Source of the DNA: Octopus bimaculoides
Lineage: Eukaryota
DNA length: 64,000 bases
NCBI RefSeq assembly: GCF_001194135.2
Contig: NC_068981.1
Span: forward strand, 131,736,426-131,800,425
Direction: 5' to 3'
Of this stretch, positions 12,952 through 27,900 are shown in pieces; the stretch's first letter is position 1, and each line of letters starts with the position of its first letter. The position numbers were made by a program, and so were the translations under genes. The notes beneath the pieces were generated by a model. The model was not told the DNA's origin. It was given only the letters and a program-made list of their open reading frames with translations, and did no database searches.

Positions 12952-14812
12952 CTTTGGAATTTAAAATAGTTAAGGTACAATGACTGGAAAGTTAAAGTTC
13001 TCAAGAGAGGGAACTACTGCAAAACTGGAGTATTCTCAAATGTGCTTTTATTTTGTTCCAGAGGAAAACCTTACGCGGAAATGCTTGTTTTTGCTTGTTG
13101 AGCTTTATCTTCAAACTCACCAGGTAGTTACCAAGTTTCAATTAAATTCAACCTTTACTATTTACTGTTATACTTTTGTTATTGTTTTACTACTCTTCAT
13201 GCTTTGATTTTTCTTTTTAATAGTACTCAACCATGAAGATTGTTTTATCTGCTAGATAAGCTGTTATATGCTTTGCCCAGGGAACCAACACAGTCTGAAA
13301 TTGAAGACTTTGTGGTCACATATAACAATTTAGTATTTGACAACTTAAATACATAATTAGTAAAACAAACATAATCTTTTAACATGAGAGACTGAAAGTG
13401 AAATAGTTAAAAATGAAATCAAAATAATAATTTTAAAAAAGTTTTTATATCAGTTGCCAGTTATACTCCTTACTTAGTAACTCATTCTCTCTCTATTTTG
13501 TCTGTTTTTAAAAAACATTTAGACTATATCCTATGATTTTTATTTATTCAGAAGAATAATTCTGCACCTTCCTCTAGAATAACTAAAAAGTTAACTGAAT
13601 GACTAGATGTTTTTTTTTTTCCCCCACTTTGTCCTTCATTTAATTTAGAAACAAATAGATGAGAGTTTATAATCTTGGATTGTCATTTTATGGTTTATGA
13701 GTTCATAGCTGCCTCAGATATTTTATTTTACAAACCTCACTTTAATTACTTGTGGAAGATATGTACTAAACCTCTCTAGAAAAGTTACAACAGGCTGCTA
13801 TCTCTTATTCACTCAACCCTTTTGATACCTAACTGCCTGAGATCTCTTCTCACTCTGTACTACAAATGTTTTGTTTTCAAAAGTTCTGAATTAAAATCTT
13901 CCACCAAACCTTAGTTGTAATTTGTTCCTAACACTAGCTTATGACAACAAAATTATTTTACTAAATTCTTCATTATATTTAAAATTAATTGAAATAAACA
14001 CAGAGTATCTCAACAAAAGGTTAATGTTACAGGAATCAGAATAAGGAACTGGCCATATGAAACCTTAAATGTAATTTAACTATTTATTTAATCTACTCTA
14101 TCTGTATACTTGTGGTTCATTTTAAGAAATTTTGCATGAATATCTTATATTCATTATTAAGTTTTTGTTGTATTTCATTGAACTATAAAAATTCAAGCTT
14201 TTCATTTCATTATTTGTTAAGGTTATCTCAACAGATATTCTATAGAAATTATAACCAGCACTGATTTTTGTTATGCCATTTCGTATCCGAGACATCAGAC
14301 ATAAACAAACAATGAGACAAAGATAAGAAAAGAGTAATGGACATATATGCCATATTTCGGGAGTTTTTGCTCCTTCATCAGCTGATGAAAAAGCAAAAAC
14401 TCAGATACAAAATGTGTAACAAAAATCAGTGCTATAGAATATCTGTAGAGATAACCTTAACAAGCGATGTAAAGTGCATTACTAACACAGTAGAACACGG
14501 TTTGACTTATAAAATCGTTTGATATATTTATAGTATATTATGATTGCATAACAAAATACTGCATCCTTAGAAGTCATTAATATTTTCATTTCATTGTTGC
14601 TTTTGCATCTTTCAGCCTGAGAAGGCAATGGGAATGTTATCCTATATAGAGAAACTTCTTCTTCATGTTACCAAGTGCAATAACAGCCCCTCAGGAGACA
14701 AAGTAGATAAAAATGAAAGCCTAGACAGTTCTGTCGCAAGTGAATTAGGGACCTCAGAACTGTATCGGCCAAAAATTAGTTTGGTAAGTTAAATGTTAAA
14801 TTTCTAAGTTCA

Positions 14813-14845
<33 letters not shown>

Positions 14846-17800
14846 ATGCATATAATATATGCATATAAACACATCTAGCAACTTATACCTTTATAATGAT
14901 TTCAAAATAGACCAAATTTTGAAGTGATTGCAAATCTTGTTCTAGTCAACTTTACCTTTCATCTTTCCAAACCAACTAAATCCATCTATCTAATTTATAA
15001 CATTATTATTATTACCTTAGTAATAATAATAATGCTGGAAAACATTATTATTATTATTTCTAAGGATAGTGGATTGGCTGAATTGTTAGGCCTTATAGTA
15101 TTTTCATTTTTATGTTCTGAGTTCAAATCCTGCTGAGGTCACCATTGCTTTTGATCCTGCTGGGGTCAATAAAAGAACCAGGCTAGAATTGTTAGCATGT
15201 CAGACTAAATGCTCTCTCTATATTTTGAGTTCAATTCTATCGTTGCTTCATCTTACATCCCTCTGATATCAATAAGTACCAGTAATCTACTGGAGTGTAT
15301 TCAATGAAATATAACCACCCTGGTGGAAAAATTGACCTTGTGCTTTGATTTAAAAAAATAAAGACGTCTTGGTTACTGAATGACAAATGTTATAGAGGAA
15401 GAGGTGAATTAGTAAAATGAGGGTGTATTCTTATTCTACAACACTGCAGTCAGAGTTTAATTTTCAGGTGATGCTAATATACTTTCACTAAAAATACTTT
15501 GGACAAAAATCTCTTCTACACCAATAAATTGTGGCTGTGGTTAAGAAGCTTGCGTCCTAACCATGTGCTCTTGGGATCGGTCCCACTGCATGACACCTTA
15601 GGCAATTGTTTTCTACTATAGCCCTGAGCTGACCAAAGCTTTGTGAGTGGATTTGGTAGATGGAAACTGAAAGAAACCCATTGTACACATTGTGTGTGTG
15701 TTTATCTGTACTATTGGCTATATATCACATGATGGTTGTAAACAAATATCACCATTATACAAGTAATGTTATCTGTTTCTACTTTTCCATGAAAAATGTG
15801 TCTGGCCATAGGAAAATATTACTTTGCTTAGAAACAGGTGGGAGTTGGTGACAGAGAAAGTATCTGACCTTAAAAAAATCTACCTCAACAGATTCTATCT
15901 GATCCATGCAAGCATGGGAATGGGGATGCTCTATGATGAATGTTGATGTTTCTCAAGTAGCCTAAATTCTTCAAAGTAGTGTCACTCATTTAAGGATATA
16001 GTGCCCATGATTGCCTGTAACACACAAGGTTAAAACATTTTGTTAACTCTTTTTCCATTTTTTGTTGCTTTTTTTTATAACAATCTCTTCTGTGTCATAA
16101 TTTCAGTATAAAACCCGATGTCTGATAATGATGAAGTCATTAAAAGCATGCAAACGAGAAATCAAAGTATTGATGAGTAGCCAAGCAACTGTAAGTATTC
16201 AAATCATGGGATTATAATATATTAAGACTACAAACTAGAATCAAATTCCATTATATTTCTTATGTGTATATCAAGTTTTAAGTGATTTTTTTTCCAAGCC
16301 AGCATGGATTTCTTTTTAATGTGTGAAATCAAAGTAATGTGGAGGAATATTAGAGTGGTGTGTTCTATGCAGATGAGAGTACGTGTAGATAGATGGTTGT
16401 GAGAATGGAGAGATAACGGAACTCTGAAGTACACCTGAATTGATAGGACAGATATACAGAGTCTTATCAGTCTATATTTTGACAGGAAGATTCCTCTCTC
16501 AGTACTTAGTAATAAGTTCAGCTGAAGGATTGGTAACTTTGTTAAAAGTTCTTTATCACTGACCTGGATGAGTGGCTTTGATAGAGAAGGGTAAGGATAT
16601 GTTTTGTTTACCAGACTTGGAATGATCAAAGGTTGAACACATTTTCTGCTGTAGTAATATTTTGCCATATCTACATATATTGAATGTGTGTTGTTTAGCC
16701 AAAGAACAGCCTTGGTTGATGAGACCTACAGCCAAAGGCATTATGACCATAGCTGTCTCATCTTTTTTCAGATACAATGAGTCCATCAGGTACAGATGCA
16801 AAGATGTCAAAAGTATCAGGCTACATAGTTACTTGCTTAATTAATTAATTAAGCATGCATTCATTTGTTAAGTGATCCACTTGACTGAAACTTATATACA
16901 AAGTTTTTTAAATTGCTGAGAGAGTTTTAGCAAATTAATTCTGAATAGAGTTATCTCCTATAAGTTGCACTTTAGGTGTGTACTTAAATGCCAAACCACA
17001 GATGTCAGGTTTCTAGCTAGAGGTGTTTTAGGTTAAGACAAAAAAAAACCTCTTTATATTGCAGAAGATATTTACAAGGTTCCTTATATTGTAGCTTAAT
17101 AAGCACCAGAGAAAGTTGAATATCCCATGAAGGTGCTTTTAGCATGGTTATTATTGGCAACATGTTCAGTGAGAAATTCAGTATACAAATAGATGTTCAC
17201 CAGAGCTCTAGCCACTTTTTATGATTGTAGTCCTTGAGTTCAAAACTACTTGAGATTAGGAGCGTTTAATATGCTGATGATCTAGTCATCATAGCATAAT
17301 TGTGTTGAAATGTGACAGAAAAAAAGTTCCAATCCTGGACGCATGGTATAAAACCCACTGGTAGAAAGGTCAAGAAGGAAATGGCCAAAGTGTTAGCAAG
17401 AGAAACAGTGTGTGTGTGTATGAGTAGAAATTAACTACATTCATATGCAGAAAGTTAGTAGATAAGGATTCAATACTGTATGTTGAGTGCAAGCAGTGAG
17501 TACACAAAAAAGCAGTGGAATCTATGCAGACTTACAGAGAATCAAAACATCAAATATGATATGAGCACAGGGGTAGTTAGTTGTGGGTATACCCAGGAAA
17601 GTAAGTTCTTAGTGTAATGACAGTTTCTGCTGTTTAGGTAATCTAATTACTATTGGAAATGGCTGTAGCAACATTAGAGTGGCTAGAGGAAAGGAGTAAT
17701 GAAATAGAGGGAGCTATTACTTCTGTTAGCAACAAGCATTTCTCTTTTTATATGAAGATTAGAATGAATAAAACATGCATAGGAAGTGTAAAACAACAAG

Positions 17801-18818
17801 ATAATGAGTCATGGGTGCTGGAGAGAAATAAAGTATGCGCGATTTGTTGAATATGTGTTGAATGTTACCTTAGTTGAAAAAGGAGTACAAGTGCAGTAAT
17901 GAAGATGCATGGCACTAAATGACATCAGTCAAAACATGAAGGTGAGGTAACTTGCTGATGTTGATATGTAATATTTATGAATTATAAGTGTTGGATGAAA
18001 AAGTAATGTGTGTGTGTTGGCATGCAAAAAGATAGAGGGAATTGTAGGATGGATTGGAGAAATCAGATCACAAGATGTTGGGTCTCACAGAAAAGATAAA
18101 ACAACTGAGATGATTGATGATATGGCAATCCTGTACAGCCTTTGCTATTTACAAAATTTTGCCCTTAAAATGTTGAGAATGCAAGCTAATGCACAGTCAG
18201 CCTTGTTTGTTTGGTTGTGCAATGGGTTTTTAAGCCTTGTTATCACATATATACATACATTCTGTTGAACCCATGTTTTAATACAATAAAATGTAATCAC
18301 ATTATATTGTGTGTAACTATACATGCAAAATATACATATTTATATATTCTTTCTTGTATTTTCAGAACCCTTCTGTAGTATATTTGAAAAGCAATTTTGA
18401 ATACCTGCGGGGCAGTTCACGTAAAGTAATAAAGATGCTGGGAACTGTACCTCAAAACACAGTCATCTCAGAGTCAGGGAATTGCTTGCCTGTCATGTAT
18501 TACAATAACCTTGGCTGTATCCATTTCAACACACGGAAGCACCATCTGGGAGCATTTTACTTCCGTAAAGCAGTGGCAGAAAATGAAAGTGCTGTAAAAA
18601 ATCTTAAAAAATCCTGTGATGATCCAGGTAAAGGAAATTTTTATACATACATAAACACAGGTGTGGCTGTGTGGTAAGAAGCTTGCTTCCCAATCACATG
18701 GTTCTGGGTTCAGTCCTATGTGATACCTTGGACAAATGTTTTCCACTGTAATGCTGGACCAACCATAGCCTTATGAGTGGATTTGATAGGCGGAAACTGA
18801 AAAAAGCCTTTTCTTTAT

Positions 18819-18908
<90 letters not shown>

Positions 18909-21900
18909 ATTATATATATATATCTACGTGTGTGCCTTTGTGTCAGTGTTTTCCCCCACTACTACCTGACAATTGATGTCGGTATGTTTATGTCCCCATA
19001 ACTTAGCAGTTCAGCAAATGAGACCGATAGAATAAGTACCCGGCTTTAAAAATAGTAAATACTTTGGTTGTTTCATTCAACTAAAAATTCTTCAAGGCGG
19101 TGCACCAGCATGGCTGCAGTGTAATGACTGAAACAAGTAAAAGATGAAAAATAAGAGAAATATTATATATATGCATGTGTGTTGTTTATTTTATCATACA
19201 GTCTTAAAAATGCTCTATATTCAAATTAGTAGTGTGGTAGTCTAATGCAATAACAGTCTTATAACTAATGATTTTGTAATTTTAGTTGACACAGGCACAC
19301 ACACATAGGCACACAAAAACACACACAAACACATAAAAGGTAGGAGAATATAGTATTAAATTACGAGTAATGATTCACAGTAAGATACTATAAATTTATA
19401 ATTTAACGCTATATTCTCATGTATGTATGTGTATATATATAGAGATGTGAGTGTGTGTGCAGCTCTATTTGTGTGACAGATTTTCTACAGCCAGATACCC
19501 TTCTTGTTGCCATCCCCAATATATATATATATGTATACACACCACATACTTCTTTCAGTTTTGGTCAGCCCAGAGTTATAGTAGAAGACACTTATCCAAG
19601 ATCACATGGTTGGGGAAGCAAACTTCTTAATTACACATGTCTAATGTTTTTAAAAAATATATATTGATATTGAGTCAACATTTTATACATTTTTAAGAAA
19701 AAGTCTTTGGATCAATCAAAGCCAAAAAAAATCCCATGAGTATGGAAGCTTGTTTCTAAACTTTTATTGTAATTACATTATCACAATTACATTACATAGA
19801 TAATTTCTAAATCTCCATCAAATTATATACCTTACTGTCTTAAAAAAGCAGGATACAATGGTGGCACGTGTAAAGACATTTGAGCAAGATCGTTGCCAGT
19901 GCCGCTGGACTGGCTCCTGTGCAGGTGGCACATAAAATACACCATTTTGAGCGTGGCCGTTGCCAGTACCGCCTGACTGGCACTCGTGCCAGTGGCACAT
20001 AAAAGCACCCACTACACTCTCAGAGTGGTTGGCGTTAGGAAGGGCATCCAGCTGTAGAAAGTCTGCCAAATCAGATTGGAGCCTAGTGTAGCCATCTGGT
20101 TCACCAGTCCTCAGTCAAATCGTCCAACCCATGCTAGCATGGAGGGCAGACATTAAACGATGATGATAATGACATTGGATAATGTACTCGTCGTCAGATA
20201 TAAAAAAAAAAATAGAGGATAGTTACAACTGGAATGCCTTGCATCACTGACCTGCTTGATCAGGGTGTTATTTACAGAAAATTTCAGAGAAGTTCCAACT
20301 TATATGAAACTTATCATTATCATCATCATCATTTAGCATCTCCTTTCCATGCTGGTATGGGTTTGACCGTTTGACTGGGACTGGTAAGCTGGAGAGCTGC
20401 ACCAGGTTCTAGTCTGATTTAACATGGTTTCTACAGCTGGAGGCCCTTCCTAATGCCAACCACTCCAAAAGTGTATTGGGTGCTTTTATGTGCCACTGAC
20501 GTGGGTGCTTTTGCATACTACTGACATGGATGCTAGTTATGTGACTCCAGCATTGGGCAGGCCTATGATTTCACTTGGCTTGACAAGTCTTCTCAAGCAC
20601 AGCATATTGCCAAAGGTCTCAGTCACTTTGCTGAAAATAAGTTTCTACTGTAACCCACTTCTGCTCCTTCATTACTTCAGACTACTTCACTCTGGCTGTT
20701 TATTAACTTTTTAAGAAATATATGAATGAATCATAATTTATTAGAATTAGACAAATACATTTTCTAGCTATCTATATTTCTATTCTCTATGGCTTATTTG
20801 TGTTTTTCAGCAAAATGTAGTGCTCCTCTTCAAACTGTTGGAATGAGTCGGCATCATGAACTGTTGTATAACATGGGCGTTCAGCTATTACACTGCGGAA
20901 TGCCTCAAGCTGCATTTGATTGTTTAATTCAAGCTGTCCAAGTTTACCAGATCAACCCACGGCTTTGGTTACGTCTTGCTGAGTGTTGTATAATGAATTA
21001 CCGAGAAGTATAAACTTTAAAATGAACTTAGCTATTATTTTTCTTTTGCTCTCTCTCTCTCTTTCTCTTCCTCTCTCTTTCTCTCCCTCTCTCTTTCCCC
21101 TTTCTTGTCCTTTTAAAGATTTTTGGTTTTTGTCAGAAGGCAACTTCAGTAGATAACTAGTTTTAATTCTTAGATGTTCTTTCAATTTATTTAAACATCA
21201 CCTCTTCTGTTTTTCCTGTCTTAAAAATCTCAGGCTTTATTCTTAACAAACCCTTGTTGTCAGTGGCATCATCATTGTTGTCCTTATCATTATTATTAAT
21301 ATTCAAGCAACCAGGCCGTAGCAAGAATCAGCTATATAAATCTATGCAATGGAGCTATCAGCTTGGAGGCAAGGTCATTTGTTTGATCATTTCAGGTCAC
21401 AAGGTAATAGATGTGATAACAATCAAGATTTCTGGAATGCATACTTTCATGACCATCCTCAACAACTACAAAGTGCTCACCTCTCTTTGTTGGTCCAGAT
21501 CAAATGGTAGAGTGGTACTATTTAGGAAACGTTTGGATCTCATGATGCAGATGATACTAGATTTTGGCAAACACATACATTGCTTGTGATATATACTACT
21601 ATCTCCCCTTTTTGTCTCAGTTTTTATCTGACCAAATTAGAGTGTCAGCCCTTTCACTTTTTGTGAAGGATATCATCCATCTTATATGTGAAGAGCTCAG
21701 TATGCAGTGTCCAATAATGTACAAGCAGGTGCTGAGTCTGTTCTGAAAGACTTTCAACCCAGGGACTATGGGTAATCTCCAGAAATCCCTAGCCTGGCAG
21801 TGCTGGTGGAAGGCCTAGCAGCATCATCATCATCATCATCATCATCATTGTCGTTTAACGTTCACTTTCCATGCTGGCATGGGTTGGACACTTTGACTGA

Positions 21901-24900
21901 GAGCTGGTGAGCCAGAAGGCTGCACCAGGCTCCAATCTGATCTGGCAAAGTTTCTACAGCTGGATGCCCTTCCTGACGTCAACCACTCTGAGAGTGTAGC
22001 GGGTGCTTTTATGTGCTACTGGCATGGGAGCCAGTCAGGTAGTACTGGCACCGGCCAAGCTCAAATGACACTTTTTACGTGTCACTGGCACAGGAGCCAG
22101 TCCAGCGACACTGGCAACGACCATGCTCGAATGGTGCTTTTTACGCGCCACCAGCACAGGAAACAGTCAGCAGCCTTGGCAACGATCACATTCGAATGGT
22201 GCTTTTAAGGTTCCACTGGCACGGGTGCCAATCAGGCGGTACTGTCATCAGCCACAACAACGATTTCACTTGCCTCAACAGGTCTTTGCAAGCGTAATTT
22301 ATTGTCCAATGATTGAAGGGTACTCGTAAATGGGCTGGTTATACAGCACTGGCATAGGCCATGGTTATAGTCTCACTTGACTTGCTGGGTCTTCTCAAGC
22401 ACAACATATCTCCAAAGGTCTCAGTCACTTGTCATTGCCTCGGTGAGACCCAATGTTCGATGGTCGTGCTTCACCACCTTATCCCAGGTCTTCCTGGNNN
22501 NNNNNNNCAATGTTCGATGGTCGTGCTTCACCACCTTATCCCAGGTCTTCCTGGGTCTACCTCTTCCACAGGTTCCCTCAACTGCTAGGGTATGACACTT
22601 TTTCACACAGCTGTCCTCATCCATTCACAACACGACCATACCAGTGCAGTCGTCTCTCTTGCACACCACATCTGATGCTTCTTAAGTCCAACTTTTCTCT
22701 CAGAGGCTTACACTCTATCGTGTATGCACACTGACATTACACATCCAGTGGAGAATACTGGCTTCATTCCTTGCAAGCTTACGCATGTCCTCAGCAGTTA
22801 TGGCCCATGTTTCACTACCATGTAGCATGGCTGTTCGCATACATGCGTCATACAGTCTACCTTTTACTGTGAGTGAGAGGCCCTTTGTCACCAGCAGAGG
22901 TAGGAGCTCCCTGAACTTTGCCCAGGCTATTCCTATTCTAGCAGCTACACTTTCAGAGCATCCACCCCTGCTACTGACTTGGTCCCCTAAGTAACGGAAG
23001 CTATCAACTACTTGTAGTTTTTCCCCCTGGAATGTGACAGAAGCTGTTCTCTGCACATTTTCAGTGTTTATTGCTCCTGAGCATTTGCCACACACAAAAC
23101 TATCCTCCCAGTTAGCCTTCCTTTGATATTGCTGCACCTCTTGTGTGTCCATAGCTTACACTGGGTACATCTTATATCGTCCACCTATGCCTTTTCTACA
23201 GATCGAGCAGGGCTGTCTACTTGAAGGGATTTGTGGTTTGTCTGCCTTCCTATTTATTAAGACTTTGGTTGACTCTAAGGCCCTTCAATTCTAATCCTTG
23301 CTTCCACACCTGAAACTTCTCTAGTTCTGATAGTGACTCAGCTATTACAGCAAGGTCATCAGCATAAAGAAGATCCCAGGGGCATCCTGTTTTGAATTCC
23401 TCTGTTATTGCCTGGAGAACTATGATGAATAAGAGGGGGGGCTAAGGATTGATCCTCAAGATAAAATCATAGGCTCTGAAGTACTGTCAACTGTGCTTAT
23501 TGAAGATGTGAATAGAGGGGCAAAGCCATTCTGTATGCACTTAAAGTATTGCTTGTAAGAATTTACACTTTGATTTATTGAAAACGTCATTTTTGATCAT
23601 TTACAGAGTAATGAAGATGATAAAAAATTAAAAAGGCGCATGGAAGTTATCCAGGGGTCAGTTGCCAGTGGTGTTCATCGAAAACTTATCTTAGGGTCAA
23701 CTACTAAACATGTAGCACCAAGGTTTGTGATTTACTTTCTTTTTAGGAATTTTGACATTTTTCATGACAGATGAAATCAATATTGTTCTGGAAAAAAACA
23801 TTTCATAATTGTTTTTTTTTGTTTTTTTAAAAATTCTTTTTAGTCATAATCCAGCAATTCCAGCACCATCTCTAGAATTTGCTGCCCTGTGTTTGCGAAA
23901 TGCTCTGTTACTACTTCCAGAACATCCTCATCAGTCTGAAGTCAATGAAGAACATGCTGAAGCAAAGTAAGGCATCTGATGTAACTGATTTGTTGTAATA
24001 AATAGTAATGTTGCTCCTTCTACTTGCTATCTCTGTATAAGGTTTGTTGTTCTGAAAGACTATAACCTATAAGCCATTTTTTAAATCTTCATTTTTCAGA
24101 ACTATTATTTATTTTTTTATCTACATTATTGCTAGAACAATCTTTTTTCAATTAATATAAATTATTGTTATTTATTCAATTATTTATATAATTTTTGTTG
24201 CTGTTCTACAACTTAGTCTACAATTTATTTTTCATTCTACTAAAAATTTTTTCTACATGTGAACTGTCCTACTCTGGTAATTACGCATTTTTGATGACAG
24301 AAGAAGACAGCCATATATAGCTAATCTACCTATGACTAGACCTGTAATCAAGAAAAAATGCATATGTAATCTATATGAAATTTATATTTAATTAACTTTT
24401 ATTGTAATTTATTGTAAAAAAGCTAAATGTCATTAATTTTAATTTCATGGTCACTTTTGTATCTATCTTTTCAGCAAGTCTGATATATTCCTTGTACCAG
24501 CCCCACCTAGTAATCCTATGCGTGCAGCGGAAGTGAGCAATCTCCGGTATGTGTGTCTATACTCATGTTATAGAACTACTGTGACACTGTGTTAAGTAGA
24601 ATGTAATTTTTTTTTCATGTTTCAGTAACTAACTATATTGTCTCAATGTGAACCTCAACAGCATGCAAACTCAGGATACTTGTAATTCACTGGAGCTGTA
24701 CTTGTAGCATGGACTGCATTTTGGAAATGTGTTTTCAGAGTAAACTAAGAATTAACTCCTCAAAATAGTTGGTGGGAGGCATGTTTGAAGTACATATTTT
24801 CCCACTTGTTGCATTATTTTCCTTTGCTACTAGGTTTTACTTTTGCATTTAAATGCCACTTAGATATTATTACTTCAACTGTAAATATAGATCTTCCCTT

Positions 24901-27900
24901 AACAGCCTCCTCTATTATCTATTTTCTATACTAAGAAGTATATTACATGGAAAAATGTGAGCAAGAGAAATAATATTCTTAAGATTATAAACCTGAAAAA
25001 GTACAGGACAAGTTATTACACTTGGAAAAGTTCAGGACAAGTCATTACATCTAGTAAAGTACACAACAAGAAAAGTATTACTTAAAATATTGTAGCTAAG
25101 GATAAAATTTCAAATAAAATATTTAGATTTAGAAAATATTAGCTTTTATTAAAACTAAAAGTTTTATTACAAGTTATTACTTTTATTTGTTATTACTTGT
25201 TACTTCTATTAAAAATTTAAAATAAGTCAAAATATTTTTTGCATTTAAAAAAAATCATTTTTTTAATTATAATATTACTTTGTAAATTAAAATCAAATAA
25301 TTTTTAATATTCAAATTTTATCCTTAGCTGTAATATTTTAAGTAAAAATTTTCTTGTTGTGTACTTTACTAGATGTAATGACTTGTCCTGAACTTTTCCA
25401 AGTGTAATAACTTGTCTTGTACTTTTCCAGGTTTATAATCTTAAGAATATTATTTCTCTTGCTTACATTTTTTCCATATAATCCATGTTTTTTCCAGGCT
25501 GTGCTATTATGCTAATTAATAATGTGTCAAAGACAGCGAGCTGGCAGAAACGTTAGCATGCCAGGCGAAATGCTTAGTGGTATTTCGTCTCTCTACATTC
25601 TGAGTTCAAATTCCGCTGAGGTCAACTTTGCCTTTCATCCTTTTGGGGTCGATAAATAAAGTACCAGTTGCATACTGGGGTTGATCTAATGGACTGGCCC
25701 CCTCCCCAAGAATCTCGGGCCCTGTACCTAGAGTAGAAAAGAACTAATAATGTATCAATTAATAATTTAAGATTTTACCTTATTGAAAATTACCGGTGAC
25801 ATATATTAAAAGTCTCCTTATAGAACAATATTCATAAAAATTTGAGAAACAAACACTCNNNNNNNNNNNNNNNNNNNNNNNNNNNNNNNNNNNNNNNNNN
25901 NNNNNNNNNNNNNNNNNNNNNNNNNNNNNNNNNNNNNNNNNNNNNNNNNNNNNNNNNNNNNNNNNNNNNNNNNNNNNNNNNNNNNNNNNNNNNNNNNNNN
26001 NNNNNNNNNNNNNNNNNNNNNNNNNNNNNNNNNNNGATACCATGAAATTCCTCGAGTTGAGCTTTATCATTTAAGCTTAATTAATTAGTTTGTTTTTAAA
26101 ATAAAAAAAGTTAATTATACTTAAATCCAATTTTTTGCCTTATATTTTTTTCATGATATTTTACCTCACAACTTTTTTGATCAAATTTTTGTTGCATGGG
26201 ACCAAAACTATGAAATTCCTCATGCTTTCTTCTATCATTGAAGCTAAGATAAATATATTTTGCTTTTAAAATAAAAAAGTTATTTAGATCTAAACTTGAT
26301 TGGAGGCATTACTTACTCTCCTATAATGTTGCTACAAATTTCGGTGTAAACTTTGCCAAAATGTAGCTAGGGACCAGTCCTCTTCAAAAATGTTAACAGC
26401 TTTCAATTTGGTTAAGAACTGAAATAAAGACAAAGTTCTGAAGATACTGTGTGTGAGTAAATTGCGGCCTTAAGAATATTATTCGACGACTACCGTAGTC
26501 GAATGATATTCATATGTTTTATTGGTTTTTTTTTTCAAATATGCTTTAAATTTTCTTAGCTCTAGATGCTATGAAAATGTCATATTTGGTTAAGATTAAA
26601 GTTTCTTCTAGGTATATGGAATAAAAGCTATCTGGGCGACCAAGTTAGTAGTGGGGGTGGGTGCGCTGAAAGTGTAGCTGCTAGAATAAGAATAGCCTGG
26701 GCAAAGTTTAGAGAGCTCTTACCCCTGCTGGCGACAAAGGGACTCTCACTCAGAGTAAAAGGCAGACTGTATGACGCATGCGTACGAACAACCATGCTAC
26801 ATGGCAGTGAAACATGGGCTGTAACTGCTGAGGACATACGTAAGCTCGCAAGGAATGAAGCCAGTATGCTCCGTTGGATGTGTAATGTCAATGTGAATAC
26901 CCGTCAGAGTGTAAGTATCTTGAGAGAAAAGCTGAACATTAGAAGCATCAGTNNNNNNNNNNNNNNNNNNNNNNNNNNNNNNNNNNNNNNNNNNNNNNNN
27001 NNNNNNNNNNNNNNNNNNNNNNNNNNNNNNNNNNNNNNNNNNNNNNNNNNNNNNNNNNNNNNNNNNNNNNNNNNNNNNNNNNNNNNNNNNNNNNNNNNNN
27101 NNNNNNNNNNNNNNNNNNNNNNNNNNNNNNNNNNNNNNNNNNNNNNNNNNNNNNNNNNNNNNNNNNNNNNNNNNNNNNNNNNNNNNNNNNNNNNNNNNNN
27201 NNNNNNNNNNNNNNNNNNNNNNNNNNNNNNNNNNNNNNNNNNNNNNNNNNNNNNNNNNNNNNNNNNNNNNNNNNNNNNNNNNNNNNNNNNNNNNNNNNNN
27301 NNNNNNNNNNNNNNNNNNNNNNNNNNNNNNNNNNNNNNNNNNNNNNNNNNNNNNNNNNNNNNNNNNNNNNNNNNNNNNNNNNNNNNNNNNNNNNNNNNNN
27401 NNNNNNNNNNNNNNNNNNNNNNNNNNNNNNNNNNNNNNNNNNNNNNNNNNNNNNNNNNNNNNNNNNNNNNNNNNNNNNNNNNNNNNNNNNNNNNNNNNNN
27501 NNNNNNNNNNNNNNNNNNNNNNNNNNNNNNNNNNNNNNNNNNNNNNNNNNNNNNNNNNNNNNNNNNNNNNNNNNNNNNNNNNNNNNNNNNNNNNNNNNNN
27601 NNNNNNNNNNNNNNNNNNNNNNNNNNNNNNNNNNNNNNNNNNNTGTGCGGGTGGCACATAAAAGACACCATTTCGAGCGTGGCCGTTTTCGTGCGGGTGA
27701 CACGTAAAAGCACCCACTACACTCTCTGAGTGGTTGGCGTTAGGAAGGGCATCCAGCTGTAGAAACTCTGCCAAATCAGACTGGAGCCTGGTGTTGCCAT
27801 CCGGTTTCACCAGTCCTCAGTCAAATCGTCCAACCCATGCTAGCATGGAAAGCGGACGTTAAACGATGATGATGATGATGATGATCTGTCATTTTCTTAC

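Noticed and set aside
22447-22556. Apparent tandem duplication around a short N gap
   Set aside because: Identical sequence on both sides of the gap indicates unmerged contig overlap (assembly artefact)
25780-26480. Degenerate repeat of about 170 bp ending in cc|ttaa (possible Kolobok-like element)
   Set aside because: The left terminus is obscured by a gap and the TIRs cannot be demonstrated
26797-27810. Long ORFs (250-340 aa) in the track, and similar ones at 59886-60626
   Set aside because: They run through N gaps; only the RTE fragment at 26629-26952 is real coding relic
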